DNA of 64,000 bases from an uncultured Actinomycetes bacterium (GTDB lineage: Bacteria > Actinomycetota > Thermoleophilia > RBG-16-64-13), in contig CAWJDT010000001.1 in NCBI GenBank assembly GCA_963841735.1, positions 1,504,001 to 1,568,000 on the forward strand, in the 5' to 3' direction. The notes beneath the pieces were generated by a model. It saw nothing but the letters and a program-made list of their open reading frames with translations, was not told where the DNA came from and made no database searches. The first letter of the stretch is position 1. Each line of letters starts with the position of its first letter. The translations under genes were made by a program, and so were the position numbers. This document shows positions 49,574 through 59,071 of the stretch, piece by piece.

Positions 49574-50877
49574 GCTGGTACGCGCTGCTTCCAGGTGAAG
49601 CGAGGGTGGCGCTTCGCCGGCCGACGACCTCGGTTGGCGCCGCCTTGTTTCTCTTGATGGGGGTCGTTTTCGGTCTGGCGGCTTCCGACCCCACAGGCAA
49701 TGGGCCGGCCTCGTTTGTGACCGCCGTGATCTTTGCTTTCGGCGCGGGAGTCGAAGGAGGCGTCATAGTGGCCATTCTCATGGGGGCAGGCGCCGGCGGA
49801 GAGGACCACGACCTTGGCACAAACAGAGACCTGTGGTTGTCGAATATTGGCCCGCTTGAGAACTTGGCCTGCAAGCTGCTGGTTGCAGTGGATCTTGTTG
49901 TTGCAGCGGCGCTTCTGCTGTTCGTTGGTGGAGCGCTTGCGGGTCTGATCAACATCTTGTTCCGCGGAGGGGCGCTATACGCCGAGTCCTTTGCGGGACA
50001 GTCGAGAACCATGTGGCAAGGCCTGGCAGAACTCGTGGTCCTTATGCCGATGGTCGTCGTCGCAGTCGCATGCACGGCGCAAGTTCTTCGGTCGAGGTTG
50101 CTTGGCGGCGTGGTGTGGATGGGCATCTATTTCGTGTACTTGCTTAGCGGTGTCTGGCTTTCGCGGATCGACTCATTGGCAGGTGTTGTCAACTTCACTC
50201 CCATCGGGAGTGCGATTGCTCTGGTCAAGGGCAAGGGGTGGGGTGCCGCTGCTTCTATGCCAACATGGACGGCGCTGGTAGTCACGGTGGGCTGGTTGGC
50301 CTTGTTTCTCACGGCCGCAGTGTGGAGAGAGAAGGGGAGGGGAGCACAAGCAGAACGCCCCGGTGGACGAAGCCGCCTGTCGCGCGCGCGGAGTGCCTTT
50401 GTTCAGGGCCGCGCCACTCGCTCCCGGAGCCCTGTCCGTTGGCCCAGGCATCTCGCCGCCGTTGGCGGCTTGGTATTGCTGCTAGGTGTTGGCGGCTTGG
50501 CCGGAGCCGACGGGCTCGTCCGGGCGGGCGCGAACTTCGACCCTATCCACCAGGTCTTGACCAACAATCTGAGGGCAGACTACCTCGAACACCTCGCTAC
50601 TCTTCTGAACGCGGGTGAGTGGGAGGAAGCGCGCCGTTACATCGGTTCTTCCGGTCGTGCCGGTCTGGCTCTCATTGAGGAATTGCTTGAGGGTGAGGGA
50701 GCCAGCCGTGTCGGTTTCGGGGAGACATCAGTGGGAGCTCGCTCTTACGGCGCCTTGTACGTTGAGCGGACCGTGGTGGACGCCGACGGTACCACGGTCC
50801 ACAATCAGACCTTCGCTGTTGACCTCAGCTACGAGGCGGGGTCATGGCGCTGTGCGGGCATAAGCATGGCCCGATAG
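49570..50877 (+). CDS. ABC-2 permease with extra TM and C-terminal NTF2-like extracellular domain
   Basis: GTG with GGAGGAGG RBS; EDHDLGT motif; ends YEAGSWRCAGI. Confidence 0.7.
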   Translation: MSWYALLPGEARVALRRPTTSVGAALFLLMGVVFGLAASDPTGNGPASFVTAVIFAFGAGVEGGVIVAILMGAGAGGEDHDLGTNRDLWLSNIGPLENLACKLLVAVDLVVAAALLLFVGGALAGLINILFRGGALYAESFAGQSRTMWQGLAELVVLMPMVVVAVACTAQVLRSRLLGGVVWMGIYFVYLLSGVWLSRIDSLAGVVNFTPIGSAIALVKGKGWGAAASMPTWTALVVTVGWLALFLTAAVWREKGRGAQAERPGGRSRLSRARSAFVQGRATRSRSPVRWPRHLAAVGGLVLLLGVGGLAGADGLVRAGANFDPIHQVLTNNLRADYLEHLATLLNAGEWEEARRYIGSSGRAGLALIEELLEGEGASRVGFGETSVGARSYGALYVERTVVDADGTTVHNQTFAVDLSYEAGSWRCAGISMAR

Positions 50878-50896
50878 TCTCTTGACGGTCGGCTCC

Positions 50897-51033
50897 GCGT
50901 CCAACACCAAGCCCGCAGTGCTCTCGTCCGAGCCGATCACCAGGTCGTGCCGCACCGCAACTCCGCCAACGCGCTTAGCTCGTCCGCGAACGACCCCCGC
51001 CCCACCGGGTGGTGTGGCGGGCAGAGGACCAGC
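50897..51033 (-). pseudogene. Decayed internal fragment of patB
   Basis: Homologous to ~44215-44352 (e.g. TCGTCCGAGCC.ATCACCAGGTCGTGCCGCACCGC). Confidence 0.8.
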
Positions 51034-51046
51034 TCTCAGCGAGTTC

Positions 51047-52129
51047 CTAGGCCGACTCCCTCATGGACTGCAACTCCAGCGCCACCTTGATCTGTTCCAG
51101 GGCCTTCGCCTCTATCTGGCGGATGCGCTCGCGGCTGACGTTGAAGCGCGAGCTCACTTCGGCCAAGGTGCGCGGATGCTCACCTTTGAAGCCAAAGCGG
51201 AGCTCCACTACCTTGCGCTCGCGTTCGTCCATGCCCTGGAGGACTTTGGCCAGGTTCTCATTGGCGATAATGCCCGAGACCACGTCGGCCGGATCGGGAG
51301 TGCTCTGGTTTTGGATCAAGTCGCCCAGTTCGGCGTCCCCGTCGTCGCCGATGGGAGTATCAAGCGACGTTGTGCGCCGGGCGATTATGCGTATGTCCTG
51401 CACTTCTTGGGGTTCGATGCCCAGTTCGTCGGCCAGCTCCTCGTCGGTCGGTTCTCTGCCCGTCTCCTGAAGCAGCTTCCGTTCGGTGCGCACCATCTTG
51501 TTGATCTTCTCTATCATGTGCACCGGGATGCGGATGTTTCGGTCCTGGTTCGCGATGGCTCGCGTGATGGCCTGCCGTATCCACCAAGTGGCGTACGTGG
51601 AGAACTTGAAGCCCTTGTGATGGTCGAACTTCTCCACCGCGCGTATGAGGCCGGTGTTGCCCTCTTGGATGAGGTCGAGAAAATCCATCTCCTGGGTGTA
51701 GTAATTCTTGGCGATGGAGATGACCAGGCGCAGGTTGGAGCGGATCAAGTGATCCTTGGCCCGCGTGTCGCCCAACTCGATGCGCTTAGCGAGTTGGATC
51801 TCTTCGCTCCTAGTAAGCAGAGGGATCGTCCCGGCTTCCTTCAGGTACAGTCGAAGAGGGTCCTGAGACACCGTCTGAATCGACAGATCGAGGGTGGGCT
51901 CGATGTTGTCGAGGACACCCCGGGCGACAGGGCTTTGCTCATATATCTCCGTGGACTGGTCAAAGAGCTGCGAGTACAGGTCTTCGATCTCTTCCACGCT
52001 CATGTCGTACTCTTCCACCAGCGCCATGATCTCGTCGCTGGTGACGTAGCCCCGCTCTTGGCCTAGCTGCAGAAGTTCCTGGACGTCTGCGATGGGGCGA
52101 ACGTCTTGTTGAAGATCAACTACGGTCAT
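51047..52129 (-). CDS. RpoD/SigA-family sigma factor
   Basis: [49 protein letters not shown]; ATG 52129 with GAGGGA RBS. Confidence 0.93.
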   Translation of the reverse strand: MTVVDLQQDVRPIADVQELLQLGQERGYVTSDEIMALVEEYDMSVEEIEDLYSQLFDQSTEIYEQSPVARGVLDNIEPTLDLSIQTVSQDPLRLYLKEAGTIPLLTRSEEIQLAKRIELGDTRAKDHLIRSNLRLVISIAKNYYTQEMDFLDLIQEGNTGLIRAVEKFDHHKGFKFSTYATWWIRQAITRAIANQDRNIRIPVHMIEKINKMVRTERKLLQETGREPTDEELADELGIEPQEVQDIRIIARRTTSLDTPIGDDGDAELGDLIQNQSTPDPADVVSGIIANENLAKVLQGMDERERKVVELRFGFKGEHPRTLAEVSSRFNVSRERIRQIEAKALEQIKVALELQSMRESA

Positions 52130-52240
52130 CTCATCTTCCCTCAATCATCGTCATACGCAACTGTCAACTGTGCCCTTGGCATATCCTTGGGCCTTCATAG
52201 AACAGGGTCCGCCACATCTCGTAGCGGGCCCGGGCACGCA

Positions 52241-52268
52241 GAAACGCCGGCCCGAAGGCCGGCGTTTC
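52241..52268 (-). terminator. Intrinsic terminator after the RRM gene
   Basis: GAAACGCCGGCC-TTCG-GGCCGGCGTTTC perfect 12-bp stem. Confidence 0.8.
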
Positions 52269-52303
52269 GTCACTGGTGTGAGGAGTAAGTCGCTGAGCGA
52301 CTA

Positions 52304-52612
52304 CTACCAGCGGTTACCGCCGCCGCCGCCACCGTAGCCGCCCGAACGGGGCTCACGAGGAGCTTGTTCCTTGGCTGAGTCTACCTTGAGGGCGCGGCCG
52401 TCCATCTGGGTGCCGTCAAGAGCGGCTTTGGCCTTCTGAGCTTCCTCGGGTGATCCCATCTCTACGAAACCGAAGCCTTTGGGGCGGCCGGTGTCGCGGT
52501 CGGTGATCAGGGCGACCGAAGTCACTTCGCCGTGAGCCTCGAAAGCGGTCCTGATGCTCGCCTCGGATGTTTCGTAGCTGAAGTTGCCCACGTACAGTTT
52601 TGCTGAATTCAC
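52304..52612 (-). CDS. RRM RNA-binding protein with Gly-rich tail
   Basis: KLYVGN (RNP2), KGFGFVEM (RNP1); GTG with GGAGGA RBS. Confidence 0.93.
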   Translation of the reverse strand: MNSAKLYVGNFSYETSEASIRTAFEAHGEVTSVALITDRDTGRPKGFGFVEMGSPEEAQKAKAALDGTQMDGRALKVDSAKEQAPREPRSGGYGGGGGGNRW

Positions 52613-52752
52613 TAGATCCTCCATGAACGGAGTTATATTGCGACACGCGAGAGGGAAAGACTGGAGACTGGGCGAGGAGGTTTAGAAGCTCGGCGCTTGG
52701 CCTAGAGAAGATTCCTAACGGATGCTTGTTCGCAGTGTAGCACGACTTGGCA

Positions 52753-53094
52753 TCAAGCGGTGAAAGTCAAGGCCGCGCGACAGAAGAGCAGCCTGCGCGA
52801 ACTGGCGACAGCTCGGCTCAACGCCCGCACCAGCAGACGCAACTCCGCCGCAATTGTGACATCTTCGAGCAGGGCCAGCAAGACCCAGACCCACGGCTCC
52901 ACTGTGATCCACGTATGGGAGCCTCGCCCCCAGATCGTCTCGCGATGGTCGGTGAAACCCACGCACGACGCGTAGAGCGACAAGAGGACGGCGCTGAGCA
53001 AGGGGTTGGTTATTAGGTTGACCGCCAGAAGCGCACGCCGCTGCCGGCTGAATGACCCATGCGACGACGGTGGTTGCCGCCGGCAACCCGCCAT
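52753..53094 (-). pseudogene. Possible remnant of a small membrane protein
   Basis: Hydrophobic stretch LLAVNLITNPLL..LLEDVTIAAE; poor start context. Confidence 0.35.
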
Positions 53095-53258
53095 CGATCA
53101 GTAGGCGCGCACGGTCAGTTCCTCCGCCACGCGACCGAGGTTCCGGGCCGCCGTAGTCCCCCGCGTGGTCCCCGCGCAAGACACGCAAGGGAGGTCTGAG
53201 TGTTAGTGTTGATCCATCGCGTCAGTGCCTGTATCCATCGTGTCCGAGGAGGGCCGGA

Positions 53259-54008
53259 ATGAGAAAGCACGCTATGTTCGCCGGTGCCGTGTTCGCGACC
53301 GCGGTCCTGACCCTCCTGTTGCTGTCTACCGCCCTGCTCGGCTGCCAATCATTGGAGACTGCTGCGACGGCATCGGCCGTCGAGACGACCGCGGGCACCG
53401 CGGCAACGCTCACGACCCTCGCGCCCGCCACTACCGAGGCGCCCACCACCAGCCAGTCGCCCACGACGACCGCGGGTACCCCGACCTCCATTGCTCCAGA
53501 GATGATCGCCGGCGTCCCGTCGGTTCTCTACGAGGACGACCTGCTCTCGCTCTATCGGCCGGACACCAGCGCCATCACCAATGGAGGTTTCGAGCAATTC
53601 CTCCCGCTGACCCAGTCGCCCCAAGTGGCGATCGTCCTACCCGAGGAGCTCTTCGACGGTACGAATCTGATCGAGGCGGGTGTCTACATGGGCGTGAAGG
53701 CGGTGGCCGATCTCCCCGGCTTCTGGGAGGATCCGTACGGTCCCCTCGAGGAAGCCGCGGGCAATACCGACTTCGCCGGTCTGACCTGGACCACCTTCAC
53801 GGCGTCGGAGGGGGCCGCGGGCAACACCTACGATCAACGGATATACCGGACGGTCTCGGGCGACCGCTGCTTCGAGGTCGTGGAGTTTCTGCACTCGGGC
53901 CAAATAGGGGCCTACGAGCCGGGAACCGTCGAGGAGTTCGACAGGGCGAAGTTCGAGGGCTACCTGGAAGCTATCGTGCGGTCACTCACACTGCAGGGCG
54001 TGATGTAG
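53259..54008 (+). CDS. Lipoprotein with Thr-rich linker
   Basis: GGAGG RBS, lipobox LLGC, EGAAGNTY..YRT..CFE domain. Confidence 0.8.
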   Translation: MRKHAMFAGAVFATAVLTLLLLSTALLGCQSLETAATASAVETTAGTAATLTTLAPATTEAPTTSQSPTTTAGTPTSIAPEMIAGVPSVLYEDDLLSLYRPDTSAITNGGFEQFLPLTQSPQVAIVLPEELFDGTNLIEAGVYMGVKAVADLPGFWEDPYGPLEEAAGNTDFAGLTWTTFTASEGAAGNTYDQRIYRTVSGDRCFEVVEFLHSGQIGAYEPGTVEEFDRAKFEGYLEAIVRSLTLQGVM

Positions 54009-54048
54009 CGCCCGGGAGTAGCCCTGGTCACCACCGGGGAGATCTTGC

Positions 54049-54105
54049 CAAAGCCTTGTACCGTTTGGACCGGGGCTGACCCACCCCTGAAGCGAGTCTG
54101 ACCCC
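54049..54105 (+). repeat. Boundary repeat R, copy 5
   Basis: CAAAGCCTTGTACCGTTTGGACCGGGG...GCGAGTCTGAC. Confidence 0.7.
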
Positions 54106-54246
54106 ACCCACCGCGGGCCACTAGCAGTTCTCCGTATGCCACCACCACCTTCTCTTGATCGTCCAAGCTCCAACCTTCGTCCGATGCGGCCCTCTGGCAA
54201 CCTCCTACCATGGACGGAGGCAAGAGAGTGCCCCATGGGATAGAAA

Positions 54247-54552
54247 ATGGAGATATTTCATACTATAATTGGATTGAACGGGGACGCGGTCCGCTTCGAG
54301 TTCGATCAGCGCAAGAGCTCGGCGAACAAGCTCAAGCACGGCATCGACTTCGTAGAGGTCCAGAGACTGTGGCATGACATGGCGCTTGTGGAGGTCCCCG
54401 CTCGTTGCGAGGATGAGATGCGGCGGTTAGTGGTCGGCGTGATCGATGGGAAGCATTGGTCGGCGGTCATCACTTACCGCGAGAAGAGGATCCGACTGAT
54501 CTCCGCGCGTCGCTCACGTGAAGAGGAGGTGGCGATCTATGAAGGCCGATGA
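54247..54552 (+). CDS. brnT: BrnT family toxin
   Basis: FEFD.RK..NKLKHGIDF, RIRLISARRS; true start probably nearer 54274. Confidence 0.9.
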   Translation: MEIFHTIIGLNGDAVRFEFDQRKSSANKLKHGIDFVEVQRLWHDMALVEVPARCEDEMRRLVVGVIDGKHWSAVITYREKRIRLISARRSREEEVAIYEGR

Positions 54553-54766
54553 GTTTGACAAGCGCTTCGATGCCGGGCAGGACGTCACCGATGCACTCGA
54601 CGTGGCGGCTGCCCGACGACCCTTGCAGAACATGCGGCGCGTGAACGTGGACTTTCCTCGGTGGATGGTGGAGTCACTCGACAGAGAAGCGGAACGCCTG
54701 GGAGTCACCAGGCAGTCGCTCATCAAGATCTGGATCGCCGAGCGGCTGGAACGGCTGGCCTCCTAG
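54539..54766 (+). CDS. BrnA/CopG-type antitoxin
   Basis: MKADEFDKRFDAG..RVNVDFP..LDREA.RLGVTRQSLIK; GAGGAGG RBS. Confidence 0.88.
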   Translation: MKADEFDKRFDAGQDVTDALDVAAARRPLQNMRRVNVDFPRWMVESLDREAERLGVTRQSLIKIWIAERLERLAS

Positions 54767-55099
54767 GCCGCAGCGGCCGGAGGTTTCGGCAGCGGCCCTC
54801 CACGCCTCATATCAATGTGACGCGCCTCGCGCTTGGTGACCACAGCAGTGAGCGTGCGGCAGGCACTGGAGCGAACGGTCGGTCGAGGGCGGAAAGAGCT
54901 TGTTGGGGCCGACGCGCCAGTCTGAGGGCGCGTCCTCACCCTAGCCTCTCAACCTGGGCGCCATGATCGACGCCGTGGTCACGACCTACAACCAGGCAGA
55001 GCAACCGTTCGCCAATCTCCATCCTCGGGCTGAACTCGCTCCGGCCAACGCCATTCTAGTCTGGGCCTTTGAGGTGCGCGGGCAAAGGCCCGGTGCCTA

Positions 55100-55115
55100 T
55101 TATCACATGTGATAA
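55100..55115. promoter_or_regulatory. Perfect 16-bp palindrome, probable operator
   Basis: TTATCACATGTGATAA just upstream of a toxin-HTH pair. Confidence 0.7.
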
Positions 55116-55139
55116 ACTCCGTCTAGAACGAGCGATAGC

Positions 55140-55345
55140 CTGGGCGAGAAGAGGGTCAGAGGATTCGTGTTTCGGTCCTACGTCGGAGATCATCCGCCCC
55201 TTCACGTGCACATCTTCCGCGAGGGGCGGCAGATCGGACGTTGGGACATTGAGCACCAGTGTCCCCTGGACTCTTTCCCCTTACCAGCAGGCTCGTTCGG
55301 GCCTTGCGAGAGGCCGGATATCTAGACAGCGAGGAGGAGCGATGA
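55140..55345 (+). CDS. DUF4160-like toxin missing from the ORF track (CTG start, one base missing in a C-run near 55280)
   Basis: Reads GEKRVRGFVFRSYVGDHPPLHVHIFREGRQIGRWD; adding one C gives LTSRLVRALREAGYL..* with ATGA overlap to the next gene. Confidence 0.7.
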
Positions 55346-55893
55346 CTGGCACATTCGAGAGCCCCGACACGATTGAGAGTCCCGACACGTTTGAGACCCG
55401 CCTCTCGGACGTTGCCTACGTCGACTCCATGGCTACTCTGGTCGTCAAGTTCCTGGCGGGCCGGACATACGCGGTGCCGTTGGCCGAGCTGGAAGGCAGC
55501 GACGGATCCTCGGTGAGGAGCGTGGCCCTGGGCTCCTATGGGTACGCGGCCGTCGTCGAACAACAGTCGGGCAACCGGCTGGAAGTGCCGTGGGACGTCA
55601 TCCTGTACCACGCCGAGCCGTCGTATCACTTCCACAAGCACGGCAGCGCCGTAGCCGCCGCCGCCGCGGATCGTCAGGAGATCGGAGAACGGGTCCGTCT
55701 CGAACGCCTCGAGCGGTCGTGGACGCTCGCCGACCTGAGCGCGCGCACGGGCATCAAGATCCCCAATCTGTCCCGCCTGGAGAAGGGCAAGCACCTGCCA
55801 TCGCTAGAGACGCTGGAGAAGGTGGGCGGCGCCTTCGGTCTGCCGGTGGCCGCGCTGGTGGCCACGAGGCGCGCGGTCGGCGTCGCCCCGTGA
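55342..55893 (+). CDS. Putative antitoxin: DUF2442-like N-domain plus XRE HTH
   Basis: GAGGAG RBS; TLADLSARTGIKIPNLSRLEKGKHLPSLETL. Confidence 0.8.
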   Translation: MTGTFESPDTIESPDTFETRLSDVAYVDSMATLVVKFLAGRTYAVPLAELEGSDGSSVRSVALGSYGYAAVVEQQSGNRLEVPWDVILYHAEPSYHFHKHGSAVAAAAADRQEIGERVRLERLERSWTLADLSARTGIKIPNLSRLEKGKHLPSLETLEKVGGAFGLPVAALVATRRAVGVAP

Positions 55894-55939
55894 TCATGGC
55901 TCTGACTAAAAGGTCATATGACTTATAGTTGGGGAGCCG

Positions 55940-56319
55940 ATGGCTCTCTTCCGACTCGACTGCGATGAAGCACAAGGAGTGACAGTCTCATGAGCGCGCA
56001 GGTCAGTACCGAGGTGAGCGGCGCCGCATCTGCCGGTGCGGACGGCGAGTCGGTAGTGGTCAGCGATGGCTCCGGCAGGCAGGTGGGAGCGAGGCTCCGT
56101 GCGGTCAGGGTGAGCACGAACCTGAGCCAACTGGAGTTGTCGCGGCGCAGCGGCATCGCGCAGGAGTCGCTCAGTAGGATAGAGACGGGTTGGCGTGATC
56201 CGCGCCTGGGCACCCTCCGGAGGCTGGCTCAAGGCATGGGCCTGTCGCTGGACCAACTGCTGGAGCGCTTGCGGGTTGACAGCGGGCCTGCCCTGAAGGG
56301 TGGCTCCATATCGGTCTGA
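55940..56319 (+). pseudogene. Internally deleted copy of the 36639-37458 operon; HTH-only ORF 55990-56319 remains
   Basis: ATGGCTCTCTTCCG start, AAGGAGTGAC junction, near-identical HTH coding region; GTCATATGAC palindrome at 55913-55922. Confidence 0.85.
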
Positions 56320-56343
56320 AACTCCGGCCTGGCGGAGCGACCC

Positions 56344-56377
56344 TTGAATTGCGCAGGCAGTTGAGTAAAATAACTCA
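56344..56377 (+). promoter_or_regulatory. Promoter/operator of the AAA gene
   Basis: TTGAAT-16-TAAAAT with TGAGT-N6-ACTCA inverted repeat. Confidence 0.55.
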
Positions 56378-56408
56378 TGGCATTGAGTAGCGAGTCAAGA
56401 GGCGGCTG

Positions 56409-57599
56409 ATGTACCAACGCACCCTCACTCACACCCTCGCGCAGCGACTGGCGGGCGAGCGGCGCTTCATCCAAGCCCTCGTAGGCCCGCGGCAGGTAGG
56501 CAAGACCACCAGTGTGATGCAGGCACTCGAAGGTCTGGGTATCCGCCACGTCTACGCGAGCGCCGACGAACCCGGCCTGCGCGGCCCTGCGTGGCTGGAG
56601 CAGCAGTGGGAGCAGGCGAGGCTCCTTGCTCGTTCAGAGACCACCTGCCTCCTGGCGTTGGACGAGATCCAGAAGATCCCCGGCTGGTCGGAGACCGTGA
56701 AGCGGCTCTGGGACGAAGACACGCGCGCAAGGCTCGATCTTCGTGTGTGCCTGCTGGGGTCATCGTCACTGCTCATCACCAGTGGTCTCAGCGAGAGCTT
56801 GGCAGGGCGCTTCGAGTTGCTGAGGGCGACTCACTGGCTGTACCGGGAGTGTCGCGAGGCGTTCGGCTGGGACCTCGACACCTATCTGTTCCATGGGGGC
56901 TACCCAGGAGCGGCGGGCCTCATAGACGATCATCAGCGTTGGCGCGCCTACGTGCTCGATTCTCTGGTGGAGACCACCGTTTCGCGCGACATCCTTCTTA
57001 TGACCCGGGTAGACAAGCCCGCGTTGCTTCGACAGCTCTTCTACTTGGCGGTGGAGCACTCGGGCCAGGTACTCTCGTTCACCAAGATGTTGGGTCAACT
57101 TCACGACGCGGGAAACACAACCACCATCGCGCACTACTTGGAGTTGTTGGAGCAGGCCGGCTTGATCCGCGGCCTGGGCAAGTTCTCCGGCAGCAGGGTC
57201 AGGCGGCGGGCATCTATCCCCAAGCTCCTCGTGTTGAACACGGCGCTGATGACCGCGGTCGACGGCCGGACGCTGAGTGAAGCTCGCGCTGACGGCCGGT
57301 ACTGGGGCAGGCTCGTCGAATCGGCGGTGGGGGCTCACCTTAGCGCGGTGTACGGGACGGCCGGTGCGGGTCTCTACTATTGGCGCGAGGGCAATCAGGA
57401 GGTCGACTATGTGCTGCAGAGCCGCCCGTCCGTCGCAGGGACCCCGGCTCTGTGGGCCATCGAGGTCAAGAGCGGCAGTCGACGCTCGGACGGCTCTGGG
57501 ATGGAACGGTTCTCTCAGGTCTTTGGACCGGCTAGAAAGTTGCTGGTGGGACAAGGTGGGCTTCCGTTGGAGGAGTTCTTCTTGGGCGAGTTTAGCTGA
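56409..57599 (+). CDS. AAA ATPase with wHTH and C-terminal PD-(D/E)xK domain (AAA_14/DUF4143 type)
   Basis: GPRQVGKTT, LDEIQK, ESLAGR, GGYP, YWR..EVDY..IEVKSG. Confidence 0.92.
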   Translation: MYQRTLTHTLAQRLAGERRFIQALVGPRQVGKTTSVMQALEGLGIRHVYASADEPGLRGPAWLEQQWEQARLLARSETTCLLALDEIQKIPGWSETVKRLWDEDTRARLDLRVCLLGSSSLLITSGLSESLAGRFELLRATHWLYRECREAFGWDLDTYLFHGGYPGAAGLIDDHQRWRAYVLDSLVETTVSRDILLMTRVDKPALLRQLFYLAVEHSGQVLSFTKMLGQLHDAGNTTTIAHYLELLEQAGLIRGLGKFSGSRVRRRASIPKLLVLNTALMTAVDGRTLSEARADGRYWGRLVESAVGAHLSAVYGTAGAGLYYWREGNQEVDYVLQSRPSVAGTPALWAIEVKSGSRRSDGSGMERFSQVFGPARKLLVGQGGLPLEEFFLGEFS

Positions 57600-57656
57600 A
57601 GTCTGGCCCCGTCTGGACCGGGGTTCGGGGCGGGCCGGCCTCCGCCAATCTCAGCC
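57598..57656 (+). repeat. Boundary repeat R, copy 6
   Basis: GAAGTCTGGCCCCGTCTGGACCGGGG...GCCAATCTCAGCC, overlapping the AAA stop. Confidence 0.6.
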
Positions 57657-57732
57657 TTAGGTCTGATGCCCCTCTCACGGTCGCGTGGGAGACTGACCTT
57701 GTGTTCCGAATCAACCCCCGAGATACCACTCG

Positions 57733-57761
57733 TTGACATGACAGCAGCGCTCAGGCATAAT
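57733..57761 (+). promoter_or_regulatory. Near-consensus sigma70 promoter
   Basis: TTGACA-17 nt-CATAAT. Confidence 0.8.
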
Positions 57762-57765
57762 CCAG

Positions 57766-57820
57766 GTACTTCCTCCCCGTCGAACACGCCGCAAGGCCTT
57801 CGGCGGGGTACTGTTTTTTT
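57766..57820 (+). ncRNA. Putative ~55-nt leader/small RNA ending in an intrinsic terminator
   Basis: Stem CCCCGTCGAA/TTCGGCGGGG enclosing GCC-GCAA-GGC, then T7; directly after the promoter. Confidence 0.5.
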
Positions 57821-58305
57821 GGGCCCAAACGCGCTTCTACACCGGGGTCCCGGCCGAGAAGGCTGATCCCCACTGGTACGGCTTCTGGACGAGCAAGCTG
57901 GCCATGATGGGGCGGCGTGGCGTCCACGTCTGCTCGCGCGAACTCCAGTATCACGACGAGATGGTCGCGCTGCCCGACGGCACGTCTGTCACGGTGCGAC
58001 TGGGCCGGGAGAAGGGTATCGACGTGCGCATAGCTCTCGATATGGTGCGGCTCGCGCTCTCCAACGCGTACGATGTCGCCCTCGTCCTCAGCCAGGACCA
58101 GGATCTTGCGGAAGCCGCCCTGGAGGTCCGTGACATCTCGATGACCACCGGCCGGTGGATCAAGGTCGCCTGCGCGTACCCGTGGAGCCCGGCCTCGCGC
58201 AAGCGAGGGATCAACAACACCGAGTGGATCCGAATCGATTCCGACATGTACGCGGCATCGGCAGACCCGCGGGACTACCGCGTGTCGCGGTGGCCCGCGG
58301 AGTAG
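57820..58305 (+). pseudogene. NYN-domain (PIN-like) RNase lacking its N-terminus
   Basis: RFYTGVP, EKGIDVRIALD, SQDQDL present; first catalytic DGxN motif and a start codon are absent. Confidence 0.75.
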
Positions 58306-58344
58306 CCTGACCTCGGCCCGCGGACTCGTCGCCCGCAAAGCTAT

Positions 58345-58462
58345 CAGAGTCTGGTGCCGTTTGGACCGGGGGCGACCAACGCCCGGAAGCGAGTCTGAGC
58401 CCACTCTCAGCGGGCCCCGCGGCGTTTCTTCTTGTGCCGCTCCGTTCCCGGTGCTATAAGGG
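58345..58462 (+). repeat. Boundary repeat R, copy 7, with promoter-bearing extension
   Basis: CAGAGTCTGGTGCCGTTTGGACCGGGG...GCGAGTCTGAGCCC, then TTGTGC..TGCTATAAG. Confidence 0.8.
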
Positions 58463-58507
58463 ACGAAGTGCCATGGCGCTATCCAGCGGGAAATCTCACG
58501 GGGGCAC

Positions 58508-59071
58508 ATGAAGAAGCAAGCTCAGGTGCTGTTTCTTTGCGCGATTGTGTTTGTCGTCCTGCTCGCCGGCCTCCTCTTGGCCGGATGCGACAAGGGCCGC
58601 AGTTCTTCTCCGCCTGCTCCGGCGCCTGTCTCCGCGACGACAACGGCCGTGACCTGCCCTGAGGCCATCTACAGGGCTGCGAAGTGGGGAGAGCCGGTGA
58701 CCATCGAGGGGTTGGAGCGGATGACTGTAGAGGCCCCTCAGATCGATGCCGCTGCCACACCTGCGGAAGTGCCTGGGTTTCCCGGACGCGTAGTTGTGTG
58801 TTGTTCGATCACCATCGAGAATCTCGGGAGCCGGCCTCTCCACTACGATGAGTCATGTTTCCAGCTGAGTTCGCGAAACGAGACCTGGATAGGTGGGGGG
58901 GAGGGAATCAAACCATCCTCGGTTCCGGCGCTCGGCTCAGGAGAACTGCCACCAGGGGATGTCGTTCGGGGTGCGATCGCGTTCCAGTTCACCGAGGAGG
59001 CGGCGACCGTCGCCGGGCATCTCAGGTTCTACGACCTGCCATCTCTCACCGTGAGCATCGATTGGAACTAG
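58508..59071 (+). CDS. Lipoprotein with DUF4352-like Ig fold
   Basis: Lipobox LAGC; ITIENLG..F.L..LGSGELPPGDVVRGAIAF. Confidence 0.78.
   Translation: MKKQAQVLFLCAIVFVVLLAGLLLAGCDKGRSSSPPAPAPVSATTTAVTCPEAIYRAAKWGEPVTIEGLERMTVEAPQIDAAATPAEVPGFPGRVVVCCSITIENLGSRPLHYDESCFQLSSRNETWIGGGEGIKPSSVPALGSGELPPGDVVRGAIAFQFTEEAATVAGHLRFYDLPSLTVSIDWN

Noticed and set aside
50882-52066. 394-aa plus-strand ORF
   Set aside because: Antisense shadow of the sigma factor gene.
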